Below are positions 30,152 to 39,270 of a stretch of DNA of 64,000 nt, piece after piece. The stretch is from an uncultured Methylomirabilota bacterium (GTDB lineage: Bacteria > Methylomirabilota > Methylomirabilia > Methylomirabilales > 2-02-FULL-66-22), in NCBI GenBank assembly GCA_963705305.1, contig OY970067.1, positions 384,001-448,000 on the forward strand, read 5' to 3'. Position numbers and translations under genes: made by a program. The stretch's first letter is position 1; each line of letters starts with the position of its first letter. The notes below the pieces were generated by a model, which worked only from the letters and a program-made list of their open reading frames with translations, did no database searches and was not told the origin of the DNA.

Positions 30152-31192
30152 TCACGGAACGAGGATCACCTTGCCTCCTTTGCCGGCCTCCAGGAGGGCC
30201 AGTGCTTCTTCCGCCTGCTCGAGCGGCATCTCGTGGGTGATCACCGGTTCCACACTGAGGAGGCCGCAGGCCAGAAGGTCCAGCATCCGCGTCCAGGTGC
30301 GGAACATCTCTCGCCCGTGGATCCCGATGATGGTGGCCTCCTTAAAGACCACGTCCGGCCCCAGATTCAAGCGGACGGGATCAGGAGGCAGCCCTATCAG
30401 GACGCACTTCCCGCCCTTCCGCAGGTACTGGAAGGCACTCCCCAGCGCCGCCGCGCTTCCCGACGCCTCGACGATCGCATCCACACCCACCCCGCCCGTG
30501 GCGGTCAAGATGCGATCCACCGTATCAGGCTGCCGCGGGTCGAGCGCGATCTCGCAGCCCATCCGCCTGGCCAGGACGAGCCGCTCGTCCCGGACGTCCA
30601 GGCCGATGACGCGCGATGCCCCCATGGCCCTGGCGGAGGCCACGGCGAACAGGCCGATGGGGCCGCAGCCGACCACCGCAAGAGTGCTGCCTCCCACGTT
30701 CAACTCCAGCACGGCCCGCAGCGAGGTGCCCAGCGGCTCCAGCATGGCCGCCACCCGTGGCGGGATCGTCGGCGGCAGTCGGTAGGCGCACAGCTCGGGA
30801 ATGGTCGTGTATTCCGCAAAACAGCCGTCCCGGTGAATGCCGAAGAGTTTCAGATTCCTGCAGATGTGTTGAAGGCCGTTTCGGCATTGGTAGCACGCTC
30901 CGCATGGCAGGTGAGTCTCCCCCGCCACATAATCCCCGACCCGAAGCGCCCGGACCCGGCTTCCGATCCCCACGACTTCGCCGCAGAACTCATGGCCCAT
31001 CACCAGGGGCAGCCGGATCCCGGCACCCCGAGCCCAGCTGTTCCACTGCGCGATGTGTAGGTCAGTCCCGCACACGGCGGAAGCTCTGACGCGCACCTGG
31101 ACTTCCTCCGGTCCCGGGTCGGGGACGGGAACGCTCCCCCGGGTGACCCCGGGCCCTTCGGCGGTCTTCAGGACGGCCTTCATGTTCACCAC
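30152..31192 (-). CDS. L-threonine 3-dehydrogenase-like Zn-dependent alcohol dehydrogenase
   Basis: CGTDLHI, GHEFCG, ETHLPCGACYQC...HIC, GCGPIG, GIHGREMFRTW. Confidence 0.88.
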   Translation of the reverse strand: MVNMKAVLKTAEGPGVTRGSVPVPDPGPEEVQVRVRASAVCGTDLHIAQWNSWARGAGIRLPLVMGHEFCGEVVGIGSRVRALRVGDYVAGETHLPCGACYQCRNGLQHICRNLKLFGIHRDGCFAEYTTIPELCAYRLPPTIPPRVAAMLEPLGTSLRAVLELNVGGSTLAVVGCGPIGLFAVASARAMGASRVIGLDVRDERLVLARRMGCEIALDPRQPDTVDRILTATGGVGVDAIVEASGSAAALGSAFQYLRKGGKCVLIGLPPDPVRLNLGPDVVFKEATIIGIHGREMFRTWTRMLDLLACGLLSVEPVITHEMPLEQAEEALALLEAGKGGKVILVP

Positions 31193-31263
31193 GCTTTGCC
31201 TCCAGCCCCGCCCGTGGATCCGTCGTCAGCACCATCCGGGTCCATTCGCAGGAATCCCGCTGT

Positions 31264-32061
31264 CTACCTCACCTGAGCGGTCAGCCCCCCGTCGACCATC
31301 AACGCCGTCCCGGTGATGTACGCGGCCTCATCCGAGGCCAGAAACAGCGCCGCCTGGGCCGTATCCCAGGCGTCCCCCTGCCTTCCCATGGGGCACATTC
31401 CTGCCCGCCGGATGAGCATCTTCTCCGCGTCGCCTCCGTAGGCGCCGGTCAACTGCGCCTTCACCATGGGCGTATCCATCAGGCCGGGGAGAATTGCGTT
31501 CGCACGAACGCCCTTCGCGGCGTACTGGATCGCGATCTCACGCGTCAGTGCAATGACCGCGGCCTTGGAGGCCGCATAGGCGACGGCGATGGCCGGCAGG
31601 CTCCGGATGGCGTTGGCGGAGGCAATGTTGACGATCGCCCCCCGACCCCGTCGTTCCATGTGGGGGAGGACGTGTTTGCAGGTGAGAAACATGCTCTTCA
31701 CGTTGATCCGCATGATCCGGTCCCAGTCCTCCTCGGCAAGCTCCACCGGGCCGCCCGGAATGGTGATGCCGACATTGTTATGGAGAACGTCGACGCTGCC
31801 AAAGGCTTCCAGGCATGCCTCTGCCATGCGCCGGCAGTCGGCCGATGATGTCACGTCGCAGGCCAGGGCGACGGCCTCGCCCCCCTCCGCAACGATCAGC
31901 CGCCGCGTGTCCTGCGCGGCGGTCAGGTCCAGGTCGACCAACAGTACCCGGCCGCCCTCGCGCGCATACAGGATGCTGGACGCTTTGCCATTCCCCATCC
32001 CGGGCCCGATCGAGCCGGCCCCCGTCACGATGATCGCCTTCCCGCGCATCCGATCGCTCAT
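31264..32061 (-). CDS. Short-chain dehydrogenase/reductase (SDR)
   Basis: VTGAGSIGPGMGNG, LHNNVGI, YAASK, ITGTALMVDGG. Confidence 0.92.
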   Translation of the reverse strand: MSDRMRGKAIIVTGAGSIGPGMGNGKASSILYAREGGRVLLVDLDLTAAQDTRRLIVAEGGEAVALACDVTSSADCRRMAEACLEAFGSVDVLHNNVGITIPGGPVELAEEDWDRIMRINVKSMFLTCKHVLPHMERRGRGAIVNIASANAIRSLPAIAVAYAASKAAVIALTREIAIQYAAKGVRANAILPGLMDTPMVKAQLTGAYGGDAEKMLIRRAGMCPMGRQGDAWDTAQAALFLASDEAAYITGTALMVDGGLTAQVR

Positions 32062-32132
32062 CGCGCGCCCTTTCACATTCCAGTGCCCCGCTCGCGCTAT
32101 CCCCGATTCACCGACGCGGCCGGCCGCACCGC

Positions 32133-33116
32133 CTACGCCTTCCCAAGGAGCCTCCGGACCTCGGCCACCACCCATTCCCTGCCGGGGATCACGAAATCTT
32201 CCATGGGCGGGCTGAAGGGATCCGGAACGTTCTTGGCCCCAATCCGCATGACGGGAGCGTCCAGGAAATCGAAAGCCTCTTCCTGGACGACCGCGGCAAC
32301 CTCGGCGCCCCAGCCCGCCCTCCGCCAGGTCTCGTGCACCGTGATCAACCGCCCGGTTTTCCGCACGGAGGCAAGAACCGCCTCTTTGTCCCACGGCACC
32401 AGCGTGCGCAGGTCCAGGACCTCGCACTCGATGCCGTCCTCGGCCGCCAGCGTGGCCGCCGCGTGGAGACTCTCGTGCACCATCCGGCTGGTTGCCACCA
32501 GCGTGACGTCGACACCGGCCCGCCTCACCTCCGCCCGGCCGAACGGCACGTACGCCTCCTCCTCGGGAACCATCCCCTTGAGCCCATAGAGCATCTTGTG
32601 CTCGAAGACGATGACAGGATCTTGGCCGGTGAGGGCCGTTTTCAGGAGGCCGTAGACGTTGGCGGGCGTCGAGGGAATTGCCACCTTGATCCCCGGGATG
32701 TGCATGAAAAGCGTCTCCACGCTCTGGGAATGGTGGGCCGCCGCCGCGCGCGCCCGCCCGTCCGGGCCCCGCAGGATGATGGGCAGCGCCCTCTGGCCCC
32801 CCGACATGTAGCGGATCTTCATGATCTGGTTGATGATGGCCCCCATGCCCGTGAAGAGGAAATCGGCGAAATGGAACTCCACCACCGGACGACAGCCCGC
32901 CAGGGCCGCGCCGACGGCCGATCCGTAGATCACCTCTTCCGAGATCGGCGTGTCGATGACCCGATCCTGAAAAGAGCCGAGCAGGTCCTTGTACTGTCCG
33001 AAGATCCCCCCTTGCTTGGCGATGTCCTCGCCGTACGTGAAGATGGTGGGGTCCCGCTCCATTTCTTCTTTGAGCGCCCGACAGATCGCATTGGCGTACG
33101 TCATCTCGATCGGCAT
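32133..33116 (-). CDS. ThDP-dependent 2-oxoacid/acetoin dehydrogenase E1 beta subunit
   Basis: YGEDI, RVIDTPISE, AAAHHSQS, FEHKMLY, DLRTLVPWD, FDFLDAPVMRI. Confidence 0.93.
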   Translation of the reverse strand: MPIEMTYANAICRALKEEMERDPTIFTYGEDIAKQGGIFGQYKDLLGSFQDRVIDTPISEEVIYGSAVGAALAGCRPVVEFHFADFLFTGMGAIINQIMKIRYMSGGQRALPIILRGPDGRARAAAAHHSQSVETLFMHIPGIKVAIPSTPANVYGLLKTALTGQDPVIVFEHKMLYGLKGMVPEEEAYVPFGRAEVRRAGVDVTLVATSRMVHESLHAAATLAAEDGIECEVLDLRTLVPWDKEAVLASVRKTGRLITVHETWRRAGWGAEVAAVVQEEAFDFLDAPVMRIGAKNVPDPFSPPMEDFVIPGREWVVAEVRRLLGKA

Positions 33117-33128
33117 GTCTGCACCGCC

Positions 33129-34112
33129 TTAGTAATCGTAGCCTGCGTCACTCACGAAGAGGTCGCCCAGGGCCTCGGAGGGACTGGGATAGGGGCTCTC
33201 CTCGGCAAATCGGGTCGCCTCGTCCGTTTCGACCTCGTAGCGCCGCCAGATCGCGCCCCGCTCCTCCTCGCTGAGCATCTGCTGATCGGCCAGGTGCCGC
33301 TCGAGCCGACCGATCGGCTCCTCCTGCCAGCGCGCCCGAACATCCTGCGGGTCCCGATACTTCTGCGGGTCCCCGACAAAGTGTCCCTTGAGGCGGTAGG
33401 TCTTGGCTTCGATCAGTGTCGGCCCGTCCCCTCGCCGCGCCTTCTCGATGGCCGCGCGCGCAGCCCGATGGACCTGCAGGACATCGTTGCCGTCCACGCA
33501 CAGGCCTTCCATGCTGTACGACTGCGCCCGCGCGGCAATGTCCTTCACGGAGGTGGACTCGACGGTGGGCATGGTCGAGGCATAGCAGTTGTGCTCGACC
33601 ACGAACACGACCGGCAGGCGGTAGATGGCGGCCCAGTTCAGCCCTTCGTGGAACGCCCCGCGATTCGACGCCCCGTCGCCAAAGAAACAGGCGACGACCT
33701 GATCGGTCTTCTTCACCAGCCGGATCGCCATTCCGGCGCCAACGGCAATGGGAATCCCTCCGGCAACCTCCCCATTTGCCCCCAGGACACCGAGGGAGAA
33801 GTCCATGATGTGCATGGACCCGCCCTTTCCCCTGCAGTAGCCCGTGGCTTTTCCGAACAGTTCCGCCATCATCCGCTTGCTGTCGGCCCCCTTGGCAAGC
33901 ATGTGCCCGTGGCCGCGATGCGTGCTGGTGATGTAGTCATCCGTCCGCAGTTGGGTGATCACCCCCGCGGCAATCGCCTCCTCGCCGACATAGAGATGGA
34001 TGAACCCCGGGATCTTCTTGTCCAGAAACAGCTGCTCGGCACGCTGCTCGAAGACGCGGATGCGAACCATGGTCTCGTAGAGACGCGTCAACTCCCTCCT
34101 CTCGATGGCCAT
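33129..34112 (-). CDS. ThDP-dependent 2-oxoacid/acetoin dehydrogenase E1 alpha subunit
   Basis: GFIHLYVGEEA, STHRGHGH, GKGGSMH, ThDP motif GDGA...HN, TYRLKGH. Confidence 0.93.
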   Translation of the reverse strand: MAIERRELTRLYETMVRIRVFEQRAEQLFLDKKIPGFIHLYVGEEAIAAGVITQLRTDDYITSTHRGHGHMLAKGADSKRMMAELFGKATGYCRGKGGSMHIMDFSLGVLGANGEVAGGIPIAVGAGMAIRLVKKTDQVVACFFGDGASNRGAFHEGLNWAAIYRLPVVFVVEHNCYASTMPTVESTSVKDIAARAQSYSMEGLCVDGNDVLQVHRAARAAIEKARRGDGPTLIEAKTYRLKGHFVGDPQKYRDPQDVRARWQEEPIGRLERHLADQQMLSEEERGAIWRRYEVETDEATRFAEESPYPSPSEALGDLFVSDAGYDY

Positions 34113-34744
34113 ACCGTTCCTCCCGTCAGGCTTTGCGGCAGGGCGAGCGCCGTGATCGAAAGCCTCTCTCTCGGGCCGGGCCGCCGCAGGCGGACCATCG
34201 TCAGGGATCTTCCTGAGTGGTCGGGGTGCCGGGCGGGAGCGGACGCGGGATGCGAGAGGCCTGCCCCGGAGCCGGGGCTCCGGACGCCCGTGCGCTGGGC
34301 CGCAGGGATCCCGCGACCGGTCAGGTCATCGGGATCCGGGTGCTGGAATCTGAGAGCATCGGGAAGCCGCGCGTGGCAGCGCGGTTCCCGCAGGAGGCGA
34401 GGGAAGTCACGAGCCGGGTCTGGCCGGATGCAAAGGCGGGGAGATGATCGAAGGGAAGCGGCACACGGCGGGAGCGCGGGGCGGTGCCCGCTCCGGCCTC
34501 CCGCCGACGGAAAGGCCGTCTGGCCGGGATAAAAAGGCGCTTCCGCATTTTCCCGCACGGCCAAGGCCTTTCCATTGAGAGGGGAACGGCCCCGTAGACG
34601 GCTGGATTGGATCACGGGCCCCCTCGCCGTGTCAAGCCATCCACCGGCGGCAAGCAGACTCCGGTGATATTTCCGGGCGTTTCGCTTCGACCAGGAGCGC
34701 CTCCATGGACACGGGGCCACCCCGCCGGAGATCTTCCGCATCCC

Positions 34745-35353
34745 TCACTCGTGGGGCAGCGGGCCGGGCAGATCGAAGCGCTGGCGAGTCGTGCAGTACC
34801 GGTCGCCGTATAGGCGCCCAATAGGACGGTAGGTCTCGCTCACGCGCCAGGTGGCGGGATCCACGAGCCCCTCTCGGACGTGCGCGTACAGGACCTCACC
34901 GAGGACCACCTCCCGGGCAGATCCGAACGTGAGGCGCCGGGTCAGCCGGCACTCCAGGCTGGCCGGAGCCTCCAGGATCCGCGGCGGCTTCACCATGACG
35001 CTGGGCGCCGGCGTGAATCCCGCCGCGACGAATTCACTCTCGGTCTCGGGCAGCTCTTGGGCGGTCAGCAGCATCGCGTTGGCCATACCTTCGTCCACCA
35101 GGTTCACCACGAAGGCCTTTGTCCGGCGGATGTTCCTCACCGTATCTTTCAACTGGCCGTCGCTCCGCCGATTGAAGCTGAGGACCACCATGGGGGGCTC
35201 GTCGGCCAGCACGTTGAAGAACGAGAATGGAGCGGCGTTGTACACTCCGCAGGCGCTCATGGTCGAGACCAGGGCGATGGGGCGTGGGTAGACCAAGCCG
35301 ATCAGCAGCTTGTACCGTGCTGGCCGCTCCAGGTCGCCAAACCGGAATTCCAT
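34745..35353 (-). CDS. Flavin reductase-like (DIM6/NTAB) FMN-binding protein
   Basis: PRPIALVST, NAAPFSFFN, KDTVRNI, SLECR, PIGRLYG..Y. Confidence 0.9.
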   Translation of the reverse strand: MEFRFGDLERPARYKLLIGLVYPRPIALVSTMSACGVYNAAPFSFFNVLADEPPMVVLSFNRRSDGQLKDTVRNIRRTKAFVVNLVDEGMANAMLLTAQELPETESEFVAAGFTPAPSVMVKPPRILEAPASLECRLTRRLTFGSAREVVLGEVLYAHVREGLVDPATWRVSETYRPIGRLYGDRYCTTRQRFDLPGPLPHE

Positions 35354-35467
35354 GGGGGATGCCTCAGCTGTCGCCGCCCCGCCCCGAGCGTCGGGCTCCG
35401 CCCGCGGAAGTCGCGGTGCTGTCCCGCGGGCTGGCCCCTACGCGCCCGTTCAGCGCGGGACCGTCAG

Positions 35468-36133
35468 TCACACCCCGAGCATCTCGGCCATGATGCGGGG
35501 AATCAGGGTCTGCGGGCAGAGCACGGGTTTGCCGGACAAGACCCGCATCCGGTGGGCCTCCTCGGGAGAGAAGCCCAGGCAGTCCAGGACGATCAGCTCC
35601 AGATCGGGCCGGCTGAGTTCCCTGGCCGCCCGCGGGAGATCGGAAGGGTTCGCTGGCGAGGCCACGGCCGCCTCGACTTCAAACCCCCTCCCCTGCCAGT
35701 GCGCCTTGGCGCACTCGGTCTGGCCGGCATTGGGGATCACGATCCCGATGCGGTTTCCGGAGCATACTCCCCTGACCATCGACGGGAGCAGCCGGCCGGG
35801 ATAGAGGACCGGAATGGGGCTCTGCAGCGCCGGGAAATCGCCCGCACACATGACCGCCGCCATGACCGCTCCCTCCCCGGCCACCTGCAACACCCGTTCG
35901 TCCAGGAGAGGCTTGAGGCGGTACAGCGAGATCTCCCTGGTCGTGCCGTCGCGCAGGATCGTGAACAGGGGGTACTCGCCGCCGGCCGCCGCCATGCGGT
36001 CGATCGTTTCCTCGGACAGGCCGTCCAGCGCCCCCCGCACGAGCAGCTGCACCTGCGGCAAGTGGCGCCGGAACACTCTCTCGAAATCCGGCCGGGGAGT
36101 CTGTCCGATAGTGAGGATTCCCACCGTATCCAC
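35468..36133 (-). CDS. aroM: AroM-family protein (Asp/Glu/hydantoin racemase-like fold)
   Basis: GILTIGQTPRPD, GALDGLS, TILRDG, MCAGDFP, IVLDCLGF; GAGGGG before GTG 36133. Confidence 0.82.
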   Translation of the reverse strand: MDTVGILTIGQTPRPDFERVFRRHLPQVQLLVRGALDGLSEETIDRMAAAGGEYPLFTILRDGTTREISLYRLKPLLDERVLQVAGEGAVMAAVMCAGDFPALQSPIPVLYPGRLLPSMVRGVCSGNRIGIVIPNAGQTECAKAHWQGRGFEVEAAVASPANPSDLPRAARELSRPDLELIVLDCLGFSPEEAHRMRVLSGKPVLCPQTLIPRIMAEMLGV

Positions 36134-36210
36134 GGGCCCCTCGCTTGGATGTCTTCGCCTCCGAAGCCGCACGCGGCTTCGGACCGGAGAGGATGAGGCG
36201 CGCGCCCGTC

Positions 36211-37440
36211 TCAGATCCGGCCAGCCAATCCCAGCAACGTCCCCAGCAGCACCTGGCAGCCCTGCGCGGCCTGGTCGGGCTCGATCCACTCGTCGGGACT
36301 GTGACTGACCCCTCGCCGACACGGGACGAAGATCATCCCCGTGGGGACCCCCGCCGCAGCGAAGCTCTGGGCATCGTGCCCGGCGCCGCTGGGCATGCGG
36401 ATGCACGAGAGCCCCTCTTGGGCAGCCGCATCGGCTACCGCTTGGATGAGATGCTCGGCACACGGGGTGCCGTCCTTCTCGAAGATTGTCTCCACCTTCC
36501 AGCCCCTCCGGGCCGCCGCGTGGGCTTTGAGCACCTCGCGGAGGTGGACCATGTCCTCCCGCTTCTGCGAGCGCACTTCAACCGTGAAGCGACAACGGCC
36601 GGGCACCACATTGGTGGCGCCGGGTTGAAGCTCCAACCGGCCGATGGTTCCCACCATGTCCGGATCGCGCGCCTTCACCCACTCGGGAAGCAGGGTAAAC
36701 AGCGGCGCGGCCTTCACCAGGGCGTCCTCCCGAAGGGCCATCGGCGTGGTGCCGGCGTGGGCCGGCTCGCCCTCGACACTCACCAGGTAGCGGTAGATTC
36801 CGACGATCGCCGTCACGGCGCCGATCTGGATACCTTGGCTCTCCAGCCGCGCTCCCTGTTCGATGTGGAGCTCCAGGTAGCAGGTGAATGCCCGGGGATC
36901 CCGGCGAGCCTCGCCGATCCGCTCCGGATTCCTGCCGGCCTTGCTGAGGTCATCAGCGAAGGACGGCCGGCCCTGCCCGATCCGCTGGAAGATCTCGCCG
37001 TCGGCAAGGCTGCCCATCATGGCCCGGCTGCCCACCGTGCCAGCATTGTGCGCGGCCTCCTCGTCGCAGAAATTGATGAGCTCCAGGTCCCAGGGAAGCT
37101 CGATGCCACGCTCTCGAATCGTCCGGATGCACTCCAAGCCCCCGAGGACCCCTAGAACGCCATCGAATTGCCCTCCTCCCGGCACCGAGTCCAGGTGAGA
37201 GCCCACGGCCACCAGGCCCGCGCCCGCTGTTCGGGATGGCAGGCGGCCGACTACGTTGTACGCGGCATCGACGGACGTCTCCAGGCCAGCCTCCCGCAGC
37301 CTGCCGATCAGCCACTCCTTGGCATGGAGATCCGCGTCGGACAGAGCCGTTCGGCTCGCCCCGCGGCCCGGCGTGAATCCCATCTTTCCCACCGCCATGA
37401 GATCGGCCCACAACCGGTCGGCGTTGATCTTAGGAGTCAT
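36211..37440 (-). CDS. M20-family Zn amidohydrolase (N-carbamoyl-amino-acid hydrolase / allantoate amidohydrolase type)
   Basis: GSHLDSVP.GG.FDG, DEE, ELHIEQG, AHAGTTPM, NVVPG, SGAGHDAQ, SHSPDE. Confidence 0.92.
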   Translation of the reverse strand: MTPKINADRLWADLMAVGKMGFTPGRGASRTALSDADLHAKEWLIGRLREAGLETSVDAAYNVVGRLPSRTAGAGLVAVGSHLDSVPGGGQFDGVLGVLGGLECIRTIRERGIELPWDLELINFCDEEAAHNAGTVGSRAMMGSLADGEIFQRIGQGRPSFADDLSKAGRNPERIGEARRDPRAFTCYLELHIEQGARLESQGIQIGAVTAIVGIYRYLVSVEGEPAHAGTTPMALREDALVKAAPLFTLLPEWVKARDPDMVGTIGRLELQPGATNVVPGRCRFTVEVRSQKREDMVHLREVLKAHAAARRGWKVETIFEKDGTPCAEHLIQAVADAAAQEGLSCIRMPSGAGHDAQSFAAAGVPTGMIFVPCRRGVSHSPDEWIEPDQAAQGCQVLLGTLLGLAGRI

Positions 37441-37597
37441 CGCTCCCCCGCTGCATGACAGCCCTCTGATGAGCACGGCGTCGGGCACCACCCGGCCGTC
37501 GCCGGGCGACGCCATCCGCCCCCGTCAGTACTGGATGACACGGGCGACCGCCCGGCTCTGCTATCGTACGCGCTTCCACGATCGGGGGCTGCCGACA

Positions 37598-38443
37598 TCA
37601 CGCCTGTCCTCGGGAATCGCTCGATCCGGTCTCACCGTCCTCGAAGGCGGCAACAGCCTCGGCCACGGTGAGGGCGGGGCGCGGTAGGCCCACCCCCAGA
37701 CTCCACCGGGTGATCATGGGCGGCGCCAGGGCGGTCCGCTGCAGGACCTCCACCTCTCGGAAGACCTCTCGGGGGGTGCCATCCAACAGCAGCTCGCCCC
37801 GGAACATCACCAGGGTGCGGCTGGCGCACTCCGCCAAGAGCTCCATGTCGTGGGTCACGAGGACGAGCGTGTGGCCGGCCGCATTCAACTGCCGTAGCGT
37901 CCCAACTAGCCGACTGACCTGCTGCCGGTCTTGGCCGCCCGTGGGCTCGTCCAGGATCAGGACGGGGGGGCGCATGGCGAGGAGGGAGGCGATGGCCAGG
38001 CGCTGGCGCTCGCCGCGGCTCAGCCGGAAGGGATGGCGGTCTTCCAGCCCCTGAAGGTCGAGGAGCTCTACGACATACCGACAGCTGGCCTCGATCTCGG
38101 CGGCCGGCATCCCGAGATTTCGGGGGCCGAATATGATCTCCTCGTGCACCGTGTTGCAGAAGATTTGATGATCCGGATTCTGAAAGACATAGCCCGCGTG
38201 GCGAGCCAATTCGGCCACCCCCTGGGTGCGGGTGTCCACTCCCAGCAGGCGGACCACCCCGCTGGTCGGCTTCAGCAAGCCGTTGAAATGTTTTACCAGG
38301 GTGGATTTGCCCGATCCGTTCTGGCCGACCACGCCGAGGAACTCCCCTGACCGGATGGTCACGGTGACCCCCTTGAGGGCCTCGACGCCGGACGGGTACG
38401 CGAAGCGGAGGTCGGCCGCCTCAATGGCGGGCGTGCTGTCCAT
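37598..38443 (-). CDS. ECF transporter ATPase (EcfA-type, second copy)
   Basis: GQNGSGKST, GYVFQNPDHQIF, HPFRLSRGERQR, LDEPTGGQD, VTHDM. Confidence 0.92.
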   Translation of the reverse strand: MDSTPAIEAADLRFAYPSGVEALKGVTVTIRSGEFLGVVGQNGSGKSTLVKHFNGLLKPTSGVVRLLGVDTRTQGVAELARHAGYVFQNPDHQIFCNTVHEEIIFGPRNLGMPAAEIEASCRYVVELLDLQGLEDRHPFRLSRGERQRLAIASLLAMRPPVLILDEPTGGQDRQQVSRLVGTLRQLNAAGHTLVLVTHDMELLAECASRTLVMFRGELLLDGTPREVFREVEVLQRTALAPPMITRWSLGVGLPRPALTVAEAVAAFEDGETGSSDSRGQA

Positions 38444-39266
38444 AGAGTGCACCAAGGCTTTGGATTCCTTCCTCGAGCGTGACAGGGACGGGGCCGGTGA
38501 GGTGGAGCCGCTGCTGGAGCGCCAGATACAGGTCGGTGACTTGCGGGAAACGGATCTTCGGGTCGTCCCGGATGGACGCATAAAACTCGCGGGGCGGCGC
38601 GAGGACCGCCGCCTTGCCCTCGCGCAGCAGGAGCATCCGATCGGCCAACGGGGCCACCCGGTCCGGATCGTTCTCCACGATCACAATGGTCGTCCCCCGC
38701 GCCTTCAGCTGCGCCAGGAGGCCGAACACTTCCTCGGTCCCCAGGGGGTCCAGCTCGCGCGTCGGCTCATCGAGGATCAAGATGGTGGGTTGCATGGCGA
38801 GGATCGCGGCCACCGATGCTCGCTGCTTCTGCCCGCCGGATAGCTCCTGGGACATGCGCCCCCCCAACCCCTGCAGGCCGACGAGCCCCAGCACCGTTTC
38901 CAGGCGAAAGACCATTTCCTCGCGGGGCACCCCCAGGTTCTCCATCCCGAAGACCACGTCGGCCTCCAGGGTCAGATTGAACAGCGCGTTCTCCGGATCC
39001 TGCAGGACCATTCCGACCTTCGTGGCCAGCTCGGCGAGACGCGCGGCGCGGGTGGACACGCCCTCCACGATGACCTCCCCTTCCATCCGGCCGGCGACGA
39101 GGTGCGGGATGGCCCCCACGAGGCAGAGACAGAGGGTGCTCTTGGCAGAGCCGAACACCGCCAGGCATTCTCCCCGCTCGAGGTCGAAACTGACCCCGCC
39201 GAGGGTCGGTTCAGAGGCCAAGGGATAATGAAAGACCAGATCGCGCACGCTGAGAATTGGCATCAT
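38421..39266 (-). CDS. ECF transporter ATPase (EcfA-type, first copy) with degenerate Walker A and H-loop
   Basis: VGMVLQDPENALF, FGMENLG, LSGGQKQR, LDEPTRELDP; Walker A reads FGSAKST and the H-loop reads VEND. Confidence 0.88.
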   Translation of the reverse strand: MMPILSVRDLVFHYPLASEPTLGGVSFDLERGECLAVFGSAKSTLCLCLVGAIPHLVAGRMEGEVIVEGVSTRAARLAELATKVGMVLQDPENALFNLTLEADVVFGMENLGVPREEMVFRLETVLGLVGLQGLGGRMSQELSGGQKQRASVAAILAMQPTILILDEPTRELDPLGTEEVFGLLAQLKARGTTIVIVENDPDRVAPLADRMLLLREGKAAVLAPPREFYASIRDDPKIRFPQVTDLYLALQQRLHLTGPVPVTLEEGIQSLGALYGQHARH

Positions 39267-39270
39267 GCCC

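Noticed and set aside
32334..34532. 732-aa plus-strand ORF and many other long antisense or alternate-frame ORFs (e.g. 18827-20419, 41668-43323, 54453-56321, 57178-59016)
   Set aside because: They shadow well-supported genes, are Arg/Gly/Pro-rich without recognisable motifs, and are expected in high-GC DNA where stop codons are scarce.
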